Positions 36,341 through 47,914 of a DNA stretch of 64,000 nt are shown here, one piece after another (the first letter of the stretch is position 1; each line of letters opens with the position of its first letter). This stretch comes from Squalus acanthias (Eukaryota), in contig CM059433.1 in the NCBI GenBank assembly GCA_030390025.1, positions 12,402,001 to 12,466,000 of the forward strand. Reading direction: 5' to 3'. The notes beneath the pieces were generated by a model, which saw only the letters and a program-made list of their open reading frames with translations, made no database searches and was not told where the DNA came from. The position numbers and the translations under genes are program-made.

Positions 36341-37659
36341 AAGTACCTTGGGTCTTTAGCTGCATTAAAGGTGTTATATATGTATAAGTCGTTGCTGCAC
36401 TTTCCATGACTTTAAGCATTTTAAAGACCTGGATCATGTTCTCTCTTAATTTTCTTTTCTCCAACGAAAATAAGTTCAGTTCTGTGAGATTTTCCTGATT
36501 GAGGCCCAGAATTATCCCATCACTCCTCTCTGAACTCTCTCCACCGCATCAATATGCCTTTGATGGTAGGATGTGCCCAACTGCACACAATATGCCAAGT
36601 GTTGCCTTATCAATGAGCTGCATAGGATTAAAATACTCTAGCCAGAGTTCGAATCAAATACCCTTGAGATGCTTCATAGTACGTGATCAGCATTGCTGAT
36701 ATCAGCGCCACATTGATTAAGCAATTTCAATGAATGCTTGATTTTCACATCCAAACACTTTACATTTTCCTCCTCTGGCTACTGATATTCATTATGTGAA
36801 CACATCTAATATTTCCTGTACAAATGTGCATAATCTTATATTCTCCCTCTGAATACAAATAGAATTGCTATCTTCCTGGGGGGTGGGGGGGGGGGAGCAG
36901 GGGGGCAGGGGGAGAACATCACATTGGATACTGTCCCTTTAAGAAATCCATGCCTTGCTCTCTGCTGGATATCAGGCCTCCATCTGGGGCGTGCCTTTAA
37001 TTCTTTTTTTTCCCACCGTCAGCACCTGATCTCTCCTCTGTTGTCTGCCATATAAGAAAGTTCGAATCAACATTTATTGATTTGCTATTTGCTACAAACA
37101 GTTCAACTTCTCTCCTGCTGTCCCTGTGCTTGTAGCAGAGAAGCTTTTTAACTTCTTTCAAGTTAATTTGTGCAGCTTAGACTGCAAAAAATTCTCATGC
37201 TGTTTTTTTCAGCGACATCATTTTGAGTAGTGGCCTCTGCTGCAGCCTTACTTGATGGGGCCGACCCACATTGACCCCCTACCCCCATTGTAGGAACTAG
37301 CCTATTGGAATGCTTGGTTTGTGTCATGGATCCTTACCAGCAATTAGCTTCCACAACACAATGACCTTTGCACCAACGACTTCTTTGGAGGGTGATTCTG
37401 GCCACTATAATGTTCAGGTTTAACCGTAGAGATCTCAGGGTCTAGCTCCCAGGTTAAACCGAAAATGGACTGTTGATAATGTACATTCACAAAAACACTC
37501 ACCCTATATCATTTAAACCACATGCATTCTGCATTCACTCATATATCCAGGTAGAAAGCATCAGTTGTGCCCAGGCTCCAGACAACCTCCTTCAATATTA
37601 TTCATAGGTTAGTCCAACCTCTAGAGTTGACTTCCAGTCAGGTTTCAGTTTGTGGGACC

Positions 37660-40569
37660 AGATCTTGGTCATCACGTTGCTAATGTCCCAGACTCCTCCA
37701 TCACCATTCCTGGGTATGTCCTGTCCCACTGGCAGGAGGGACCCACCAGAGGTGGCGGCACAGTGGTATACAGTTGTGTGGGAGTGGCCCTAGAAGTCCT
37801 CAACATTGACTCCGGACCCTATGAAGTCTCATGACTTCACGTCAAGTATGGGCCAGGATATCTCCTGCTGATTACCAACTACCGCCCTCCCACATCATAG
37901 AATCATAGAAATTTACAGCACAGAAGGAGGCCATTCGGCCCATCTGGTCTGTGCCGGCCGACAAAGAGCATTCCAGCCTAATCCCACTTTCCAGCACTTG
38001 GTCTATAGCCTTGTAGGTTAAGGTACTTCAAGTGCATATCCAAGTACTTTTTAAATGTGATGAGGGTTTCTGCCTCCACCACCCTTTCAGGCAGTGAGTT
38101 CCAGACCCCCACCACCCTCTAAACCTCCTAAACCTCAGCTGATGAATCAGTACATCTCCATGTTGAACATCACTTGGAAGAAGCACTAAGGGTAGCAAGG
38201 GCACAGAATGTACTCTGGGTGGGGGACTTCAATGTCCATCACCAAGAGTGGCTCGGTAGTACTACTACTGACCGAGCTGGCCGAGTCTTGAAGGACATAG
38301 CTGCCAGACTGGGCCTGCGGCAGGTGGTGAGAGAACCAACACAAGGGAAAAACCTACTTGACCTCCTCCTCACCAATCTACCTGTCGCAGATGCATCTGT
38401 CCATGACAGTATTGGTAGGGGTGACCACCGCACAGTCATTGTGGAGATGAAGTCCTGTCTTTGCACTGAGGCCACTCTCCATCGTGTTGTGTGGCACTAC
38501 CACTGTGCTTAATCAGAACAGATCTAGCAGCTCAAAACTGGGCATCCATGAGGTGCTGTGGGCCATCAGCAGCAGCAGAATTGTATTCCATCACAATCTG
38601 TAACCTCATGGCCCGGCATCTCCCTCCCTCTACCATTAGCATCAAGTCAGGGGACCAACACTGGTTCAATGAGGAGTGCAGAAGAGCATGCCAGGAGCAG
38701 CACCAGGCGTACCTAAAAATGAGGTTCCAACCTGGGGAAGTTGCAACACAGGACTACATGTATGCTAAACAGCAGAAGCAGCATGCTATAGACAGAGCTA
38801 AGCAATCTCATCACCAATGGATCAGATCAAAGCTCTGCAGTCCTGCCACATCCAGTCGTGAATGGTGGTGGATAATTAAACAACTAACGGGAGGAGGAGG
38901 CTCCATGAATATCTCCATCCTCAATGATGGCAGAGCCCAGCACGCGAGTGCAAAAGACAAGGCTGAAGTGTTTGCAACCATCTCGGCCTCCTCCTGAGGT
39001 CCCCACCATCACAGAAGCCAGTCTTCACCAATTCGATTCACTCCACGTGATATCAAGAAACGGCTGAGCGCACTGGATATAGCAAAGGCTATGGGCCCCG
39101 AAAACATCCCGGCTGTCGAGCTGAAGACTTGTGCTCCAGAACTAGCCACGCCTCTAGCCAAGCTGTTCCAGTACAGCTACAACACTGGCATCTACCCGAC
39201 AATGTGGAAAACTGCCCAGGTACGTCCTGTCCACAAAAAGCAGGACAAATCCAATCCGGCCAATTACCACCCCATCAGTCTACTCTCAATCATCAGCAAA
39301 GTGATGGAAGGTGTCGTTGACTGTGCTATGAAGCAGCACTTACCAAAAACCTGCTCACCGATGCTCAGTTCGGGTTCCGCCAGGACCACTCGGATCCAGA
39401 CCTCATTATAGCCTTGGTCCAAACATGGACAAAGGAGCTGAATTACAGAGGTGAGGTGAGAGTGACTGCCTGAGACATCAAGGCAGGGGGAAAACTCTTC
39501 ACTGGCTGGAATCATACCTAGCACAAAGGAAGATGGTTGTGGTTGTTGGAGGCCAATCATCTCAGCCCCAGGACATCACCGCAGGAGTTCCTCAGGGCAG
39601 CGTCCTAGGCCCAACCATCTTCAGCTGCTTCATCAATGACCTTCCCGTCATCATAAGGTCAGAAGTGGGGATATTCGCTGATGACTGCACAGTGTTTGCA
39701 ACTCCTCAGATAATGAAGCAGTCCATGCCCGCATGCAGCAAGACCTGGATGACATTCAGACTTGGGCTGATAAGTGGCAAGTAACATTCACGCCACACAA
39801 GTGCCAGGCAATGACTATCTCCAACAAGCGAGAGTCTAACCACCGCCCCTTGACATTCAACGACATAACCATCACCGAATCCCCACCATCAACATCCTGG
39901 GGGTCACCATTGACCAGAAACTTAACTGGACCAGCCACATAAATACTTTGGCAACAAGAGCAGGTCAGAGGCTGGGTATTCTGCAGCGAGTGACTCACCT
40001 CCTGACTTCCCAAAGCCTTTCCATCATCTACAAGGCACAAGTTATGAGTGTGATGGAATACTCTCCACTTGCCTGGATGAGTGCAGCTCCAACAACACTC
40101 AAGAAGCTCGACACCATCCAGGACAAAGCAGATCGCTTGATTGGCACCCCATCCACCACCTCAAACATTCACTCCCTCCACCACCGGCGTACCGTGGCTG
40201 CAGTATGTACCATCTACAAGATGCACTGCAGCAACTCGCCAAGGCTTCTTCCACAGCACCTCCCAAACCCGCGACCTCCACCAGCCTAGAAGGACAAGGG
40301 CAGCAGGCGCATGGGAACACCACCACCTCCAAGTTCCCCTCCAAGTCACACACCATCCTGACTTGGAAGTATATTGCCGTTCCTTCATCGTCGCTGGGTC
40401 AAAATCCTGGAACCCCCTCCCTAACAGCACTGTGGGAGTAGCTTCACCACACGGACTGCAGTGGTTCAAGAAGGCGGCTCACCACCACCTTCTCAACGGC
40501 AGTGAGGGATGGGCAATAAACGCTGGCCTTGCCAGCGATGCCCACATCCCAGGAACTAATAAAAAAAAA
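37660..40569 (+). mobile_element. Near-complete decayed CR1/Jockey-group LINE (APE + RT); exact clade not assigned
   Basis: VGDFNVHH, LDLLLTN, GDH, KAMGPENIP, ANYHPISLLS, GVPQGSVLGP and FADD motifs across frameshifted ORFs 38174-40289; AATAAA and an A tail at the end. Confidence 0.9.
37893..38125 (-). mobile_element. CR1 3' fragment nested in the LINE endonuclease region
   Basis: CATAGAATCATAGAA tail; similar to 28276-28530. Confidence 0.8.
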
Positions 40570-42717
40570 TCAGGGGATTGCTTTCACTAGTACAACCTCC
40601 CGCACTGCCCGAAGCAGGCACTTTAGGACTGGTGTTGATCCTATCCAATTTCCAACGACAAAAGCCTTTTTACAAGAAAGGTAGTTAGACCTCCCATTAA
40701 GATAACGTCGAGGGACACAACAACACTGCAGAAGGGATTCCATTCCGGGAACACACTTACTTATTAGCAGGACTGCCTGTGCAGTGTGCATTCACTGACC
40801 TTGACCACTTGTTTGAGGCCATGAAACTTCTTTGGGCACTGGAGCCAGGTCCTGAGGGTGACACTACTGGCAGTGATGGCCTCGGTGATCTGGTCCCACA
40901 TCGTTCTTTCTGGAGGGCCTCCTGGCCCCCTGTGGGTAGAGGACCTCTCTTCCCATGTTGACCCCCTGCACAAAGCTCAAGTGCTGTGTCCAAGACCATG
41001 GGTGGCCTTTCCTTGACCTGTTAAGCCATTTGTGTTAGTGCTGAAGCACTTTTAACATTTTTGATCAGCAGAAGGCAGCTCATCTTTATGAGGTGCAGAC
41101 TGCCCAGTGCTGTAGGAATTTTACATTTTAAATTCCTTCCGCTTCCTCCTCTTCTGCTTTTTCCTCCTCTGCTTTTTCCTCTTTTGCTTCCTCCTGCTTC
41201 TGCGAGCAGCTTGTCCCCTTTGCTGCCTCTGCTCCATCTCCATGTCATGCTGCAGCCCAAGGAGGACTGCAACTACAGCCCCCAGGACTGGGAGCAAGTG
41301 GTGTGTATTTGAAATGAAAAAGACCCAAGGGTTGGGTTGTGGTGAGGGGAGAGGAGGAAGTAAGAAGTGCGTGCTTACACCATCTGCAGCTTGTAAGTCA
41401 GAAGAGATTGAGGGATGAGGGAGAAAGTGGGATGAGAGGAGAATTAGATATGTGGATACCCTCATCTTCAATCGCTTCAGCCCCGCGGACTTAGCAATGG
41501 CCCTTCACACAATGGCCAGCACTGACTCCTCCATGGGGTTTAAAATATGCAGGCATGCCTCTCCCCCTCCCATTAATTCCTGCTGCCTCCTGTTGTGTGC
41601 CACCTTCTCCATCAAGAAAGAGAGAAGTGTGCCAGTGAGTGTCTTGCAATATGTTTGGGTGATGTGGCTGTCAAGGTTGAATAGCTGGCAGTGTGCGTAA
41701 GCTTTGAGATATGGGCGCTGAGGATTGCAACAGTACTAATTGTGTGAAGGTGAGGTAAAGCATATGAATGTTAGAGTTGAGGCCTGATTGATAGAGATTG
41801 TTGGTAGGTGAGCAATGAGGGTGTAGTGAATTGAGCAGTAGGTGAGGCTAGTGGTGCAGTTGTTAGGATATGGCATTTGAAGATACACTCTCTGATCTTG
41901 ACAACTTGTGTGAGATCATTAACATAGAAACATAGAAAAACAGGAGCAGGAGTAGGCCATTCGGCCTTCCGAGCCTGCTCCGCCATTCAATATGATCATG
42001 GCTGATCCTCTATCTCAATCCCATATTCCCGCTCTCTCCCCATACCCCTTGATGCCTTTTGTGCATTAAACATCTTCCTGCATTGTATCGAGGTCCCTGG
42101 GGCTACACTCCTGGCATTGACCTCTTGCCACTGCCTTCTAAGCATATATATTAAGGGGTTTAGCATCTTTGAAAGTAGATAAATCGCCAGGCCTGGATGA
42201 AATGTATCCGAGGCTGTTAAGAGAAGCAAGGGAGGAAACAGCAGAGGCTTTGACCATAATTTTACAATCCTCTCTGGCTACTGATGTGGTGCCGGAGGAC
42301 TGGAGGACTGCTAACATGGTACCTTTGTTTAAAAAGGGAGAAACATAGAAACATAGGGGTAGAAATTAGGTCGCGCCCCATTTGGGGCGCAAATATCGTC
42401 CGGACGCAAATATTAGCGCCTGGCGCTAATTATCGGCACTGACAGGAAACTTCACTTTTACCGCCCCGGGAGGTGAGTGGAGCGCTAAAGCAGGCGCTGC
42501 ACACCTGTCTTAAGGCGCAAAGGCCAAGGAGTGAGGCGCTAACTCAGCGCGCGAGCGCAGCGCAGCTGCTGCCAGTTAGCGAGGGAACACAGACACACTG
42601 GCGCCGGACACTTCTGAAAGCGGGGGGGGGGGGGCACTTGCTCCCCAGCCACACCCTGCTCATTGCAGCCTTGAATCTCAGCCTGGAGAGACCTGTGAAT
42701 CCATTTTGCTGCCCAGC

Positions 42718-44594
42718 ATGGAGAGGGTGAGAGAACGCGCTCATCGCTTCACCGAGCGGGCCTTGGATGCTCTGGTTGACGCAGTGGAGCGCAGACGATG
42801 TATGCTGTTCCCTGAGAGTGGCAGGAGGCCTTTGCCACGCGAGTTCAGAAGAGTGTGGAGGGAGGTGGCTCAGAGCGTCTCCTCCAGGAGCATGGTGCCC
42901 AGGACCCATACTCAATGCCGCAAAAAGTTCAACGACCTCACTCGGGTCGTCAGGGTGAGTGGCTTTTTCTCAATACCTCTCCATCCCTCCATCTCAACCT
43001 CACTCTATGGCCAGAGGGTCTTAAAACCCCAATGCACAACACTCATCCAACACCTATGGCCCTTTCATCAAACACACACACACATTCCACACTTTGCATA
43101 CAGTAAGGGCTATTCACCTATGGGAGGCACATCAGGCAAGACCATGGCTGTATACAGTAAGGGCTATTCACCTATGGGAGGCACATCAGGCAAGACCATG
43201 GCTGCATACAGTAAGGGCTATTCACCTATGGGAGGCACATCAGGCAAGACCATGGCTGTATATTTACTCAGATGCTGTCCTTTTTCTTGCAGGCTAAGCT
43301 GGCTCATAATAGGAGACAGCAGCAACGGACAGGTGGAGGGCGGCTTCAGCTGCAACCCCTCAGCGATCTGGAGGAGCGCGTCCACAGGATTGTGGCAAGC
43401 CGGGTGATCGGTCCCGTCGCCACTGGAGACGCCGACCCCGTTGTGGACAGCAATGGTAAGGTCATCACCTTTTTGTCCTCTGTCCTTCCACTTGTCCCTC
43501 ACAACACCAGCCTTTGACACTTTCAATCCAACTTGCTAACTCGCTGCACTTATTCCTCCCTTACTGCCACCCTGTCCTCACGCTAAAGCCACTCTTGTAC
43601 CTCCCTGCTTTCAGATGGTGATTCACCAGCTGAGGAGACGGGCCCTGAAGCTGCCACTGGGAGTGATGCTGCAGCCGAGGAGGAAGAGAAAGCCAGAGCA
43701 TCAGTGCCACCCTCTCCCGAGGAAGCCCATGCCCACACTGGGAACACGCCTTCCCCGGAGGGGAGCAGGGGGGAAGGGGCTGATGGTGGTGAAGCTCCAG
43801 GACCCAGCGGGCTGCAGCAATGCCATGGGCGGGGTAGGGAAGAACGGGGGCCTTCTCCCCAGAGGGAGAGTATGCCAGACACTCCTACTGCAATGGACGC
43901 AGAGGAGGAGCGGCTGATTGCAGAAATGAACACCCAGGCGGTGGGCATGCACACTGAGCTCATGGGTGCAGTGGGAAGGGTGCCCGAATGCATTGAGTCA
44001 CTGGCAAGGAGTGTGGAGCACTTCGCTGTAGCACAGGCGGATGCCACACTAACGCTTAGTGCTGCAATTCAGTCACTGGCTGCCGTGATCCCACCTCTGA
44101 CTGCTCTCATACAGACTCAGATGGAGGCCACGCGAGCACAGACTGCTGCCAACCTCGATGGTTCGTGCACATGTCCCCGGGGCTGTCACCGCGCCGCAGC
44201 AGGCCAGCAATCTGTTCTCCGGCAGATTGCTCCGGATGCTGAAGTGCTACCCCGTGGGAGTGCCAGTGTGTCGGGCGAGCAGGGAGTTGCTGGCCTCTCT
44301 CACGATGACAGCATTCCTGCTGCCAACACTGTCACTTCTCCACTGCACTTGCCACCGCCTGTAGGACAGACTGCTGCCGCCCATGCAGAGTTGGTGCAGT
44401 CTGCAGCCGGGCCCTCCAGGCCCAGAAGTGGTCGAGGCCGTCCTTCAGGGGCATCTGCAGTGTCAGGGTCTGACGAGCAGCAGCCTTCCACCAGCCTTGC
44501 TGCAGCCACTGAGGTCCCATTACGGAGGAGCAGTAGGGTTAGAAGGGGGGAAGTGCGCAAGGGAAGGAGATCACCCTCGAAGGACAAAAAGTAG
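42718..44594 (+). CDS. Harbinger Myb/SANT-like (trihelix) DNA-binding protein, 3 exons, 459 aa
   Basis: Exons 42718-42954 (donor AGG|GTGAGT), 43293-43455 (TTTTTCTTGCAG|, donor ATG|GTAAGG) and 43615-44594 (CTGCTTTCAG|, stop TAG) total 1380 nt in one frame. Domain RF..RALDALV..W..VA..V..RT..QC.KKF.DL; basic C-terminus. Confidence 0.88.
43097..43258 (+). repeat. 54-bp tandem repeat x3 in Myb intron 1
   Basis: Unit (C/T)ATACAGTAAGGGCTATTCACCTATGGGAGGCACATCAGGCAAGACCATGGCTG at 43097, 43151 and 43205; copy 2 has one unit. Confidence 0.95.
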
Positions 44595-44621
44595 GAGGTG
44601 TGACAAAATGCTGGTCATTTT

Positions 44622-44777
44622 TTTATTAAAGGCCGAGGTTCATGGTCCAACTTTTGTTTAGTGTTTTGGACATTATCTCCAGGTTGTGAGAACCAGTTAT
44701 GTTATTGACTGTTTTTTTGTGTTTATTTCTATGACTTTGTCATGAGGAATTGACACACACAGAGTTTGTAAAATAAA
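44622..44777. terminator. Opposed polyadenylation signals between the convergent genes
   Basis: AATAAA on plus at 44772-44777 and on minus at 44722-44727 and 44622-44627. Same in copy 2 (+16446). Confidence 0.55.
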
Positions 44778-44888
44778 TAAGTTTCTGTATTCAAAATATA
44801 CATGGCTGGTGGTTGGAATTATTGGTGCCTTGGCCGGCTTAGGGGTTGCGTGCTGGGTTGATTCGTGTTTGTAGCAATGGCAGGGGCC

Positions 44889-46049
44889 CTAGAAGCGGCT
44901 TGCTATTAGTCGTTGACGGACGGCCCTTGCAGTTTGACCATTGTGGGCCGCCCTCCTGCCTTGGTGCTGCTGATGATCATCGTCCTCGTCCTCTTCCTCC
45001 TCTTCCTCCTCCTCCTCTGGTGGTGCTACAAGGCCTGGTGGCATTGGCTGGGTCCTGAGGATTGCCATGTTGTGCAACATGCAGCACACGACTACGAAGT
45101 TCGAAACTTGCTCAGGCGAGTACTGCAGGGCTCCTCTGGAATGGTCCAGACAGCGGAACCGTTGTTTCAGCACGCCGATTGTGCGCTCAATAATGTTCCT
45201 GGTTGCTTGATGGCTTTCATTGTACCGCAGCTCAGCAGGGGTGTTTGGCGTACGGAGCGGTGTCATCAGCCAGGTGCTCAATGCGTACCCCTTGTCCCCC
45301 AGAAGCCAACCAACTGGCTGATGCGGTGCCTCGAAAACTTCTGCCACAGTAGTCTGGCGCAGGATGAAAGCATCGTGGCAGCTGCCCGGATAGTGGGCAT
45401 TGACAGCGAGTATCACCTGTCTGTGGTCACAGACCAACTGCACATTCAAGGAATGGAACCCCTTTCTATTCCTGAATTCCTCTGCATTCTCTCGCGGAGC
45501 ACGCAAAGCCACATGCGTGCAGTCAATGGCGCCCTGCACCATGGGGAAGCCCGCTACCCTCGCAAAGCCCAGAGCACGGTCACGCTGCTTGTCTGGGGTC
45601 ATAGGGAAAGAGATGAAGTCTCGTCTCCTTCTGAAGAGGGCATTGGTGACCTGCCGGATGCAGCGATGCACCGCGAACTGGGAGATATTGGCGAGGTCCC
45701 CAACAGCAGCTTGGAATGAGCCAGTGGCGTAGAAGTTCAAAGCCACTGTGACCTTCACTGCCACCGACAGAGACGTCCTGGACCTCAGCTGAGGCTGCAG
45801 ATCTGGCTGCAGCAGGTGGCAGAGCTCAGTGACCACCTCCTTGCTGAATCGCAGCCTTCGCAAACACAGCTCCTCGGACATATGGATGTAGGAGAGCTGT
45901 TCACGATATACCCTGGGAGGGTAAGCTCTCCTGTACATGCGCCTGATGGCCCTCCTCCGTCTGGCCATCATTGCCACTCTCTGTCTACGTCTCGGTATCC
46001 TCCGATTCAGCTGGAGCAGGACGACGCCCCCAATCATTGCAGCCCCCAT
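44889..46049 (-). CDS. Harbinger DDE transposase (HARBI1-like family), 386 aa from first ATG
   Basis: Uninterrupted ORF with GAIDCTH, NRKGFHSLNVQLVCD, PGSCHD, LLGDKGY and RNIIERTIGVLKQRFRCL motifs, an Arg-rich N-terminus and an acidic tail. The ORF track starts at a TTG (46118); the first ATG is at 46049. Confidence 0.95.
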   Translation of the reverse strand: MGAAMIGGVVLLQLNRRIPRRRQRVAMMARRRRAIRRMYRRAYPPRVYREQLSYIHMSEELCLRRLRFSKEVVTELCHLLQPDLQPQLRSRTSLSVAVKVTVALNFYATGSFQAAVGDLANISQFAVHRCIRQVTNALFRRRRDFISFPMTPDKQRDRALGFARVAGFPMVQGAIDCTHVALRAPRENAEEFRNRKGFHSLNVQLVCDHRQVILAVNAHYPGSCHDAFILRQTTVAEVFEAPHQPVGWLLGDKGYALSTWLMTPLRTPNTPAELRYNESHQATRNIIERTIGVLKQRFRCLDHSRGALQYSPEQVSNFVVVCCMLHNMAILRTQPMPPGLVAPPEEEEEEEEEDEDDDHQQHQGRRAAHNGQTARAVRQRLIASRF

Positions 46050-46239
46050 ATTCTCTTTGCCAGAAAAGTAATGAGGTACAGCAACTAAAGTAGCAACAAA
46101 GTTAGGATGAATAGGCAAAACTACCTCACAAAGCGTTGAGTCAATGTAGAAGTCTCTCTCTCTCTCTCTCCGAATCTCTCTCTCTCTCTCAGAACGAGTG
46201 GTGCATAAATGTCGACCACAGAAAAAGACAGGAAGAGGC

Positions 46240-46256
46240 CCCCTTTAAATAGCGCC
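46240..46256 (-). promoter_or_regulatory. Candidate TATA-like element of the transposase gene
   Basis: Minus strand GCGCTATTTAAAGGGG, about 200 bp upstream of the ATG. Retained in the MITE (27958-27971) and, degenerate, in the relic at 23330-23347. Confidence 0.4.
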
Positions 46257-47914
46257 CCCCCCAGCCCCACACCGATTGATAGCGTTCCAGTCTTCCGGTC
46301 GTTGGAAGCGCCAGGCGGTAAGGCAGGGGGCGTCACTCAATTTCCGCTCCGGGGCGCCCCAAGGGCGTTGCACCATGGAATGACGTCACAATCTGCGCGC
46401 GCAGGTGGTCGCAGCGGTAAGTTTTAGCGCCGCCGCACAATCTCAAGTTAAGTTCTCGAGCGGCGCAAACATCGCTGCGCCCGGGCGTTAGCGGCTTAAC
46501 GCCCCATTAGCGCCCTCTTAAGGCGCTAACGGGAGGCGCAACCAAGTGAATTTTTACCCCATAGAATCTAGGAGCAGGAGTAGGCCATTCGGCCCGTCGA
46601 GCCTGCTCCACCATTCAATACGATCATGGCTGATCATCCAAATCCAGTACCCTGTCACTGCTTTAATCCCCACAGTACACATATCCCACCCTACCCCCGT
46701 AACCCCACGTATTTAATTCCCTCTAACATATCCCATCCTATCCCCATAACCCCACATATTTAATCCCCCCCTAACACTAAGGGTCAATTTATCATAGCCA
46801 AATCAACCTAACCCACACATTTTTGGACTGTGGGAGGAAACCGGAGCACCCGGAGGAAACCCACGCAGACACGGGGAGAATGTGCAAACTCCACACAGAA
46901 AGGGATAGACTGAGTAATTACAGGCCAGTCAGCCTAACCTCGGTGGTGGGCAAATTATTGGAAAAAATTCTGAGGAACAGTATTAATCATCATTTAGAAA
47001 GGCACGGATTAATCAAGGACAGTCAGCATCGATTTGTTAATTGATTGAATTTTTTGAGGAGGTAACAAGGAGGGTTGATGAGGGTAGCGTATTTGATGTA
47101 GTCTACCTGGATTTTAGCAAGGCTTTTGACAAGGTCCCACATGGCAGACTGGTCAGAACAGTAAAAGCCCACGGGATCCAAGGGAAAGTGGCAAGTTGGA
47201 TCCAAAATTGGCTCAGTGGCAGGAAGCAAAGGGTAATGGTCGACGGGTGTTTTTGTGACTGAAAGGCAGTTTCCAGTGGAGATCCGCAGGGCTCAGTCCC
47301 TTGCTTTTTTTGGTATATATCAATGATTTAGACTTCAATGTAGGGAGTATGATTAAGAAGTTTGCAGATGATAGAAAAATTGGGGAGGGCTAACAAGGCA
47401 AGGGAATACACAATAAATGGTAGGATACTGAGAAGTGCAGAGGAACAGAGGGACCTTGGAGTTCATGTCCACAGGTCCCTGAAGGTAGCAGGTCAGGTAG
47501 ATAAGGTGGTTAAGAAGGCATATGGGATACTTTCCTTTATTAGCTGAGGCACAGAATATAAGAGCAGGGAGGTTATGCTTGAACTGTACAAAACACTAGT
47601 TAGGCCACAGCTAGAGTACTGCGTACAGATCTGGTCACCACATTACAGGAAGGATGTGATTGCACTAGAGAGGGTACAGAGGAGATTTACGAGGCTGTTG
47701 CCAGGATTGGGGAATTTTAGCTATGAGAAAGATCGGATAGGCTGGATTTGTTTTCTTTGGAACAGAGGAGGCTGAGGGGAGACTTGCTTGAGCTGTATAA
47801 TATTATGAGGGGCCTAGATAGAGTGGATAGGAAGGACCTATTTCCCTTAGCAGAGAGATCAATAACCAGGGGCATAGATTTAAAGTTATTGGTAGAAGGA
47901 TTAGAGGGGAGTTA

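Larger units (their letters stand above)
42356..46560 (+). mobile_element. Intact autonomous PIF/Harbinger transposon, copy 1 (4205 bp)
   Basis: TIRs GGGGTAGAAATT and AATTTTTACCCC (11/12 match). TSD ATA (42353-42355, 46561-46563). Two convergent intact genes; CpG-rich palindromic subterminal regions. Confidence 0.96.
42344..46898 (-). mobile_element. Tail-swapped V-SINE split in its tail by Harbinger copy 1 (pieces 42344-42355 and 46561-46898)
   Basis: Removing 42356-46563 restores CATAGAAACATAGAATCTAGGAGCAGG, the reverse complement of 29398-29424. V-domain at 46825-46875. Confidence 0.88.

Noticed and set aside
43097..43258. 54-bp repeats as a CRISPR-like array
   Set aside because: The units are contiguous with no spacers, the context is eukaryotic and no cas genes are present.
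44913..45719. 268-aa antisense ORF over the transposase (also 61359-62165)
   Set aside because: It has a non-ATG start and no recognisable motif. Its presence in both copies is uninformative at ~99% identity, and shadow ORFs are common opposite GC-rich coding sequence.
44889..46118. Calling the transposase the domesticated host gene HARBI1, or using the 409-aa start
   Set aside because: It sits inside TIRs with TSDs and is multicopy, so it is a transposon gene. The 46118 start is a TTG.
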